A stretch of DNA of 64,000 bases. It comes from Octopus sinensis (Eukaryota). A program made the translations under genes and the position numbers. The notes under the pieces are model-generated. The model saw only the letters and a list, made by a program, of their open reading frames with translations. It was not told where the DNA came from and made no database searches. The stretch lies in contig NC_043005.1 in the NCBI RefSeq assembly GCF_006345805.1, forward strand, positions 79,670,001 through 79,734,000, given 5' to 3'. Below, one piece after another: positions 54,535-64,000 of this stretch (its first letter is position 1; each line of letters opens with the position of its first letter).

Positions 54535-54825
54535 ATATATGCATATGGAAAATTCTAGAAGGGCTAGTGCCTATCTTTGTCATTGAGTGTTATGCAAATG
54601 CCAGTACTGGCCGCCATTGCATTGTACCAAAGGTATCGTCCACTCCATCTAAATTAAGGATTAGGAATTTCAGTAGTCTAGGGCACAAAGGCCCACAGCT
54701 TTTCAATGCCCTGCCACAAAAAGGAATAAATTTGCATAAGGTGGAAGTAGATATCTTCAAAAAGGAATTAGATATCCTCCTCACCACAATACCGGATGAA
54801 CCAACAGCTGGGGAAAAGGCACATA
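54535..54825 (+). mobile_element. CR1 ORF2 C-terminal fragment (second family)
   Basis: [39 protein letters not shown] is a typical CR1 C-terminus. Confidence 0.7.
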
Positions 54826-54961
54826 CAGGAGTGGTGATGAAAACACCCAGACTAAGGAAGTAAGAAAGACCATGATGGTGCTCCAGCATGACCACAGCCG
54901 CATGGCTGAAACGAATAATAGGGTAAAAGATTAGAATATATATAAAAGATTATGTAAAAGA

Positions 54962-54992
<31 letters not shown>

Positions 54993-55675
54993 CCCATATA
55001 CAGACGTGGATGTGTGGTAAGAGTCGCTGTTTTGGCTGCGTTGAAAGAAGTTTGATTCACGACCACATGGTTAGAGTTTCAGCCTTACTGCATGTTACAT
55101 TGAGCAAGTGTCTCCTACTTAATCCTGGGCCGACCAAAGACGAGAAGGTTTGGTATGCGGAAACTGAGGAAAGCCCATCCTGTATGTATATATACATATA
55201 TATATATAATATATATATATATATAATATATATATTATATATATATATATATGTATGTATGTATATATGTATGTATGTATAATTGTATTTATGTATATCT
55301 GTGTTTGTGTTTGTATTTTACCACCGCTTAATAGTCGGTGTTATTATGTATACCTCCCTGTAACATAGTGTTTCGGCCAAAGGACTGACACGGTAAGAGG
55401 TTAATAAAATTACTTCGGTCGACGTGCGCGAATAAGCCCTTCAATGCGGTGCTTAAGTATGGCCACAGTCCAATGATTGAAACCACTAAAAGGCGAGAGT
55501 TAATATATATATATATGAATGGTGGTGCCCCAGCATGGCCACAGCTCGTGAGCTGAAACTTAATAAAATAAAAAATATATATATATAAATATCTGTCAAA
55601 CTCACACACACGCACATGCACTCTCACTCACAATCTCTCTCTCAATCTCTGTCTCTCCCTTGATATATATATATA

Positions 55676-55960
55676 TACATGGTGTGGCGAATAAATTGTC
55701 ATCTAAATTATGCAAAAATGAAAATGACACTGATATCTCATTTTAACAGATATATTTACCAAAATTATGTAAAATATATCTTGAAATACTAAAGAGTACA
55801 TTTATTCGGCAAAATCGCCTTTGGCTTCAACCACAGTCTCCGGACATCTTCGGAATCTCCACCAATTCTTCTGGACGGTCTACTTGTTTAAGTTGGTGAA
55901 TGCTGCCATAATCCTTGCCTTCAGTTCATCTTTGGTGTTACAAGGTGTTTTGATGATCTT
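55676..55960 (-). mobile_element. Tc1/maT-like transposase C-terminal fragment with one TIR
   Basis: Minus strand KTPCNTKDELKARIMAAFTNLNK..RFRR..VVEAKGDF; terminal tacatggtgtggcgaataaattgtca. Confidence 0.55.
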
Positions 55961-56612
55961 TTGCTGGGTTATGCTATTTTCGTAATATTTTCCCATTATG
56001 CAGCAGGTATTTATGAATACCCCAAAACACCCCATATCTCAAGAATCCTGAGTAGAATTTACGAGAAGCTTGTTTTTTTGCGTTTGTATTCAAATTTCAG
56101 GGGTGCCTTAACTCATAAAATTTTCCCATTATGTTCTAGTTAGGCTGTAGTAAATGACAGACAAGCAAGCAAGCAATCAGAGTTTTAGCAATGTATAGAT
56201 TATTAAAAGCGAATTATTTGTTTTGGTATTTCACATTATATTAATGAAGTTCTTTATGTGCAGATTTTCTTTTAAGGGTGATCAACCGTGTTAGCAGCAA
56301 ATATTTATGAACAATTTAATTTTCTTAAAACTTAGTAAGAGAACGTTGAAAGAGAATTAGCAAAAGAGATGGTTGAGTCTGTCAAAAAAAAAAAAAATTA
56401 AGAAGCTCTGTATCACAAGCTGTAAGCTGTTAAAATAACATCGTATTAGAAAACTTGCTTGTTTCCGAACAAAAGCTTAGAATGCATGACATGAGAATAT
56501 TCAATAATTCTTCATGAAAACAAATAATCTTTTCTATATTAGCGCAACGCCTGAAACGTTTGGGAAGGTAGCTCCAGTTCTTCACTAGGATTTATTTTAT
56601 GGACCCCGAAAG

Positions 56613-56699
56613 AATGGAAGACATAGCTGAACACGATAGAATATGAACTCTGAACGTAAAGCCGGGAGAAAAGCTGCGAAGCGTTGTGTCCGACCTTCT

Positions 56700-56735
<36 letters not shown>

Positions 56736-56800
56736 AGCAGGTCGGACACAACGCTTCACAGCTGAGTTCATATTCAATCGTGTTCAGCTTTGTCTGCCAT
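56613..56800. repeat. Inverted local duplication of a SINE 5' part centred on a (TA)n tract
   Basis: Both arms share the idiosyncratic sequence gtcggacacaacgcttc; the right arm lacks 21 nt present in the left. Confidence 0.8.
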
Positions 56801-56880
56801 CATATATATATTGTTCTCTAGAGATGAAGAATTATGTACAATACTTACATTGGACGGATAGGTGTCCTCAACTTGTTTGT

Positions 56881-57016
56881 TGTTACCATAAAGTTACGAC
56901 TGGTGTACTCTCCAGCCATCATCATGTGTTCTGGTGGAATTTCGAACTCAGCTCTTTGTTTGACTACTGGGGTACTCTGTTCTCATTCCTAAGGTATTTT
57001 TGCTGACGTTATTCTT
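56881..57016 (-). mobile_element. Short PLE-like repeat with a decayed hammerhead
   Basis: Minus strand ATGATGA-T-GGCTGG..CCAGTC-GTAAC: stem II intact, two core changes. Its 5' 40 nt recur inverted at 57127-57166 across a (TTA)n tract. Confidence 0.5.
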
Positions 57017-57029
57017 CTTCTTCTTCTTC

Positions 57030-57076
<47 letters not shown>

Positions 57077-57197
57077 CATCCTCATTATTTCTTCAAGTCA
57101 CTGACTAGGATTGAACCCAGAATAATAAGAATAACATCAGCAAAAATACCTCAGGAATGAGAACAGTGTCAAATAAAGGGTTGGGTTAATAATCACT

Positions 57198-57310
57198 CTA
57201 TAACTGTAGAAAGCGGGATCCCAAAGTTTTCTGGATTTTACGCTGACAATGTCCACCTTCAGAATGACCCACAATACGGTCTTTTTGAATTTCAGACAGT
57301 TCCAAAGTTG
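57198..57310 (-). mobile_element. Tc1 N-terminal HTH fragment
   Basis: ELSEIQKDRIVGHSEGGHCQRKI resembles the HTH at 37786. Confidence 0.5.
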
Positions 57311-57553
57311 CTTTTCTACATGTCACATAGAGAAGCTGAAACATAAAAATATATAAACCTTTACAAGTTAAAATAAACAAAATGATGTTTTATCTTGTGT
57401 ATGTCTATTTCTGTCATGTCTGTATATATATATATGAGTGTGTGTGTGTGTGTGTGTGCGTGTGTGTATTCAAAGCAAATAAACAAACATTGACAATGAA
57501 AATAACAAACAAGAGGATGTGCACATCAGTTTGACGCTCGGTAAGAAGAGAGA

Positions 57554-57590
57554 GTCTGACGTTTCGAGCATAGCTCTTCGTCGGACAGGA
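57554..57590 (-). ncRNA. Hammerhead-like motif with CCGACGA core (PLE remnant)
   Basis: Minus strand cctgt-CCGACGA-A-GAGC-tat-GCTC-GAAAC-GTC-agac; stem II perfect, stem I pairing poor. Confidence 0.45.
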
Positions 57591-57786
57591 AATTGGAAAA
57601 GTCCAAAGAAGGAAAACAAACCAACAGCACGTCTGTAGTTATATTGCTGAAGTGACCACAGACATGCACACGTATGGGTGAATCAGCAACAGAGAAACAA
57701 AGTCTTATGTACATACCCAATGACGGCAATTAAATGGTACCTCCTGTTTGATTTTTTCGAGCAAGATATGTAATCTGTAATTACAA

Positions 57787-57827
<41 letters not shown>

Positions 57828-57870
57828 TAATAATGAAATAATAATAATAATAATGAAATAATAATAATAA

Positions 57871-59130
57871 TACGAGGGACGTTCAATAAGTAATGCCTCT
57901 GACCCACTTGCAGTTGTTTGATCTAGCTGAAATTTTGCATGTGCAATCATTTATATCTCTATAGAGTAAGTAGCAAATTACAGCTATTGTGGTTTCTGAT
58001 TTACAGGTGTTTGAACCGAGTCAAGTGTGAAATGGAGCCTGTTGAGTGTCGAGCAGTGATCCGGTTTTTGTATTTGAAAGGACGCACACCACGGGAGACT
58101 TTTGATGAGATGAAAGTAACTTATGGTGATGATGCCCCATCATATGACCTTGTAAAACGCTGGCATCGTGAATTCAAACATGGTCGGAACTCTGTGGAAA
58201 CAGCTCCCAGATCTGGTCGCCCCCTTCTGCCATTGATGAGACATCTTTCCGTCAAGTTGAGGCTGCCATTTTGGAAGATCGACGCATAATTATTCGCCAA
58301 ATAGCCCATGAGGTCAAGATTAGTACCGGGTCTGTGGAAACTATCATTCATGACCATTTGCATATGCAAAAGGTGTCTGCCAGATGGATTCCCAGGTTGC
58401 TCACGCCTTTCCAGAAGCAAGAACGCGTCGAGTGCTCGAGGGTGAATTTGGAGATGAGTCAAAATTTTTCAAAAGACTGATTACACAGGATGAAACCTGG
58501 GTCCATTACGATGATCCAGAGAACAAATCTCAGTCAATGCAGTGGAAGCACCGTGACTCACCCCCTCCAAAGAAGGCAAGGGTGCAGCCCTCCACTGGCA
58601 AGGTCATGCTCACAGTCTTCTAGGACCAGGACGGAGTAGTGATGACAGATTTCCTGGCAAAGGGTACCACAATTGCAGGAGCCTATTATGCTTCACTTTT
58701 GAGGAAATTAAGAGAAGTTATCAAAATCAAGAGGCGGGGCAAGATCAGCAAAGGCATCCTCCTCTTGCAAGACAACGCTCCGGTCCACAACTCGCTTGTC
58801 GCCAGATCAAAAGCACAGGCGTATGGCTATGAACTCCTCCCCCCCCTAATTTCCTGACCTTGCACCCTCTGATTTTCACCTCTTCCCTTGTTTTTGAAAG
58901 GAAAGCGTTTCCCAGATGATGCAGCCTTGATTACTGAAGTCACGTTGAGGTTGGAGGACCAAGCTGGGTTCTTCTACAAAAACGGTCTTCAGAGCCGCAT
59001 CAAACGATGGGAGAAATGCGTAACTCTGGGTGGTTCCTATGTAGAATAAGACTAATAACTGTGCCAAGGTTCGTTGCTCTACTGCTATGGGAAGTGGGTC
59101 AGGGGCATTACTTATTGAACGCCACTCGTA
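57871..59130 (+). mobile_element. Full-length but frameshifted mariner (irritans/Hsmar2-like) inserted in an (AAT)n array
   Basis: TIRs tacgagggacgttcaataagtaatgcctctgaccc/gggtcaggggcattacttattgaacgccactcgta. MEPVECRAVIRFL..RSGRP, WIPRLLT, ITQDETWVH, GKVMLTVF, LQDNAPVH. Confidence 0.92.
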
Positions 59131-59237
59131 ATAATAATAATAATAATAATAATATTAATAATAATAATAATGAAATAATAATAATAATAATAAGATAATA
59201 TAATAATAATGAAATAATAATAATACTAATGAATAAT

Positions 59238-59276
<39 letters not shown>

Positions 59277-59381
59277 AATAATATAATATAATAATAATAA
59301 TGGAAATAATAATAATAATAATAAAATAATGAAATAATAATAATAATAATAATGAAATAATAATAATAATAATAATAATGA

Positions 59382-59416
<35 letters not shown>

Positions 59417-59588
59417 ACTAATAATAATAATATAATGAAATAATAATAATAATAATAATGAAATCTAATAATATAATAATGAAATAATAATAATAATAAT
59501 GAATAATAATATAATAATAATAATAATAATATAATAATAATGAAATAATAATAATAATAATAATGAATATAATATAATATAATAATGA

Positions 59589-59655
<67 letters not shown>

Positions 59656-59753
59656 ATAATAATAATAATAATAATAATAATGAATAATAATAATAAAATA
59701 ATGAAATAATAATAATAATAATAATAATGAAATCATAATAATAATAATAATGA

Positions 59754-59785
<32 letters not shown>

Positions 59786-59808
59786 AATAATAATAATAAT
59801 AGTAATGA

Positions 59809-59853
<45 letters not shown>
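59131..59853. repeat. Long (AAT)n array with periodic G interruptions
   Basis: Direct reading; continues to the left of the mariner at ~57790-57870. Confidence 0.95.
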
Positions 59854-59854
<1 letters not shown>

Positions 59855-60106
59855 TCCTATCATAGTAGGTGCATTAGGCATGATAAAAAAATATTCAGAC
59901 AAATACATAACAAAAACACCAGGACTTGCAAACACATATAACATACAGAAAATTGCACTACTAGGCACTGCATACATATTACGCAGAACACTTTCCATAC
60001 AATAACCATCAGAGCATCACAACAAATCACAGCACATACCTAAGGCAGACAGAGCTGCGCTCGGTAGTGAAGTGAAAGCACGCTATAAAAATAAAACTAG
60101 TGAATG

Positions 60107-60107
<1 letters not shown>
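59854..60107 (+). mobile_element. R4/Dong-type LINE 3' end flanked on both sides by (AAT)n
   Basis: PIIVGALGMIKK...IQKIALLGTAYILRRTLSIQ* (stop 60003-60005), then ~100-nt 3' UTR and (AAT)n. Confidence 0.78.
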
Positions 60108-60154
<47 letters not shown>

Positions 60155-60548
60155 TTAATAGAAAGTTGTATTCATATAAATTGTTAAAGCTGCAGCCGTC
60201 ATACGTTTATAAATGACCAGAATCACTTATTTTCGCCTTTAAACTATGAATTCTGTTCCTCAACTTTTTTCTTCTAACCAAAAGTTATAAACTTTTTCTG
60301 TGAGAAATATTCTTTTCATTTATGTTTTCTTCCAAAAATAATTCGTACTACATGCACACACGCACTCAAGCGCGCAAGCCCATGCGCACGTGAGCAAAAC
60401 ACACTCATACATTCCTTTGAATATGTTAACAGTATATATAACTTCATATATGAATTATGCATAATATATAATATATATACGTACACACACATGTATATGT
60501 AAGCGTTATGTGTATTATATATGTATTATGTATATAAATATGAGTATG

Positions 60549-60633
<85 letters not shown>

Positions 60634-60820
60634 GTACAATGTATACCTTGACAGATATAGATGGATAGATGAACAGACAAAAAGATAGACATAGAGGCAG
60701 ACAGACAGATAGCAACACAGATACCTAGATAGATAAATAGATAGATAGATAGATGGATAGATAGATGGATAGATAAATAGATGTATGGATAGATAGATAG
60801 ATAAATATATTGATAGATAA

Positions 60821-60866
<46 letters not shown>

Positions 60867-61014
60867 GGCTGGATAGATAGATAGATAAATAGATAGGCAG
60901 ATAGATAGATAAATAGATAGGCAGATAGATAGATGGATAGATAGATAGATTGATATATGGATAGATAGATAGACAGATGGATAGATAGAAAGATAGTTGG
61001 ATAGACAGGCAGAC

Positions 61015-61072
<58 letters not shown>
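60549..61072. repeat. (GATA)n microsatellite
   Basis: Direct reading. Confidence 0.95.
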
Positions 61073-62344
61073 TTAATTATTACTAAAATTCCCTTTTTCC
61101 TTCATAATCAACTTTTACCTATCATAATCCAACATGCTGTTACCATTCCTTGTGGCATAACAATATTCCAAAAATATAATATTCAGAATATTGCTTACAA
61201 ATGAAATGCAATTGCCTCGAAGCATTCATGTACATTTTTAAAGCATAATCTAAACTCTTGCCGTCTTTACATCAACTATATCATGATCCATACATGATAT
61301 CAATGCATTTTAGAATGCATCAAAGCAAGCGGTATAGCCTGAAATACACAAGGCCCGTCTCTAGTTTAGAAAGGAGTTCTGTTTAATATTATCCCCGTTA
61401 ATATCATAAAGGAAGGCATGAACGGCATACTTGCCATCGCTCTTCGGTTTCGACGCACAACGGCACTCCGTCAGTTTCGACGATGAGCGTTCCAGTTGAT
61501 CCAATCAACCGAACAACCTGCACGTAGAATTATTGTGCAAGTGGCTGAGTGCCCCACAAACATGCGTACCATTGACATAGTTCTGAGGGAGATTCAGCGT
61601 GACAAAGAATGTGACAAAGCTGGCCCTTTGAAATATAAGTGCTATTCCATTTTCGCTAACTGAGTGAACTGAGATAAAGGACACACAACGAACCACCAAG
61701 TATCGGACCCATGACCTTGCGATCGTAAACTGAATACCCTGACCCCTTAGCTGATAAGAAAAGCAAACATTCTTAAATCCAAATTACAATTCCCTTTCAG
61801 TTCAAGTAAAATACTTTGTTGACCTCATTTGCAGCTTTGCTTTCCTCTCCCAGACGAAACCAGTCAACAAAAAATAAATAAATAAATAAATAAAAATAAA
61901 ATAAATAAATACATGCAATGTTTAAAACCTTTATGTTATTAAGTAATCCTTTCTATTATAAGCATTAGGGCTGAAATTTTGGGGAGGGAGAAAGTCGATT
62001 ATATCAACCCCAGTACGCAACTGGTACTTAATTTATCGACCCCGAAAGGATCAAAGATAAAATCGGCGGAATTTGAACTCAGAACATAGCGGCAGACGAA
62101 ATACTGCTAAGCATTTCGCCCGGCGTGCTAACGATTCTGCCAGGTCGCCGCCTTAATTCCAAAGAAAATATTAATGATATCTTAAAAGCTAAACATCGGT
62201 TCCAGATTCGGAAATGTGCGCACTGGTTATGATATAACTATCTTATTGCTAACGTCGCCTTCTTTGATAACTTTTTGAGAAATAAATATGTTAGTTGTCT
62301 TTATGTTTTGTGTATTCACTGCATTGAGAACACACAAAATGGTT

Positions 62345-62412
62345 ATGCGGCCCGCGTTCGTCGTTTCTGTTATCTGACCCGCCGTGAAAAATGTCTGGTG
62401 ACCCCTGCTCTA
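62345..62412. mobile_element. hAT-like MITE terminus
   Basis: tgcggcccgcg subterminal motif and ggtgacccctgctcta (reverse complement tagagcaggggtcacc). Confidence 0.4.
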
Positions 62413-62714
62413 TGCTATCGAATATACTGACAATAGCGAGGTTTTGTAAGATTTTAGGGTGTAGTTTGTTGGAAATTTAGCTGCTGTTTCTAGCAGGTCA
62501 CAGCGACCACGTAGACACACTTTGGTACGCAGTGAAGTTTATTCGAAAACAAGAGGTAAATTTATAATGTGACATGCGCGCGATACGGTTTCAACTCCAT
62601 GTAGAAGACACTTCACTCAAAGATATTTTTCATATTCATAGACATTACTTGAACATCATTAAAAAAATTGTGCCTAATAGAAATTACAGTTTCTTGTTGC
62701 TTAGACAAGATCAA

Positions 62715-63130
62715 CCCTTATTTCTTTATTGCCCACAAGGGGCTAAACGTAGAGGGGACAAACAAGGACAGACAAAGGGATTAAGTCGATTACATCGACC
62801 CCAATACGTAAGTGGTACTTAATTTATCGACCCCGAAAGGATGAAAAGCCAAGTCAACCTCGGCGGAATTTGAACTCAGAACGTAACGGCAGACGAAATA
62901 CCTATTTCTTTACTACCCACAAGGGGCTAAACACAGAGGGAACAAACAAGGACAGACAAACGGATTAAGTTGATTATATCGACCCCAGTTCGTAATGATA
63001 CTTAATTTATCGACTCCGAAAGGATGAAAGGCAAAGTCGACCTCGGCGGAATTTGAACTCAGAACGTAGCGGCAGACGAAATACCGCTAAGCATTTCGCC
63101 CGGCGCGCTAACGTTTCTGCCAGCTCACCG
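62715..63130 (-). mobile_element. Dimeric SINE family A
   Basis: Units 1+2 in reverse; another monomer at ~61950-62156. Confidence 0.85.
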
Positions 63131-63571
63131 CATGTTCGAGTAATCCCATGCTGCAAGCTTTTCCAAAAGAAACCATGCAGTCATTTTGCAACAACTACTG
63201 ACTGACGTAGTCACACGAGGGTGAGTCACTGATTGACAGAAACATGTTTTCTGCACGTTGTGTACTGAAGGTAACTTAGTCATTGTTTTTAGTATCACAC
63301 TGTTTTAGATAATTAATTGCTATAGACTTGATATTTTCATTCTAATTTAAGCATTGTTTCTACTCAATATGCATGACAAAACAATCCTTGATGTTAAGTA
63401 ACTATTCACTCAAAGTCTCCTTTCTATGTCTGTGTGTGTGTATACATGCACACACTCAGATACAAATGCACACACACACACACACGCATACGCACGCACA
63501 CAAACACACAGACATACACACACATCCATAATTACACACACACACACTCACATACACACATATATATATTG

Positions 63572-63718
63572 TGCGGTAAGAAGCTTGCTTCCCAAACACA
63601 TGGTTTCGGTTTCAGTCTCACTCGGTGGCACCTTGGTCAAGTGTCTCCTACTATAGCGTCAGGCCGACCAAAGCCTTGTGAGTGGATTTGGTAGACGGAA
63701 ACTGAAGGAAACCCATCG

Positions 63719-63790
<72 letters not shown>

Positions 63791-63985
63791 CTTGTCTCCA
63801 CCCATTGATTGACAACCGATGTTGGCGTGTTTACGTCCCCATAACATAGCGGTTCGGCAAAGCGTTTAAGTACTAGGCTTACAAGGAATAAGTCCTGGGG
63901 TCGAATTGCTAGACTAAAGGCGGTGCTCCAGCATGGCCGGAGTCAAATGACTGAAACAAGTAAAAGAATAAAAGAATATATATAT
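63572..63985 (+). mobile_element. SINE family B, near complete
   Basis: ggtaagaagcttgcttccc..ccttggtcaagtgtc..(TG)n..gcggttcggcaaa..ggtgctccagcatggcc..aaaagaata. Confidence 0.85.
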
Positions 63986-64000
63986 ACAGGAAAAAAAATA

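Overview
AT-rich, repeat-saturated eukaryotic genomic DNA. The microsatellite load and the SINE/LINE/DNA-transposon families look like a cephalopod, probably Octopus; this is inferred from the repeat landscape and not searched. I recognise no host protein-coding gene, and most ORFs in the supplied track are microsatellite artefacts. The window contains: (i) a young 5'-truncated Penelope-like element (RT + GIY-YIG, probably Naiad-type) bracketed by ~99% identical inverted terminal repeats; (ii) at least eight intact, variant or decayed minimal hammerhead-ribozyme motifs, mostly inside fold-back palindromes next to (TA)n tracts; (iii) RTE, CR1 and R4/Dong-type LINE remnants; (iv) a CCHC zinc-knuckle, apparently ORF1-only retroelement whose 3' tail matches that of the dominant SINE; (v) several Tc1/mariner elements, one nested in another; (vi) a probable non-autonomous Helitron; (vii) four tRNA-derived SINE families, one propagated as a fixed multimer. 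The most interesting signal is the recurring fold-back + hammerhead architecture around the Penelope-like element.
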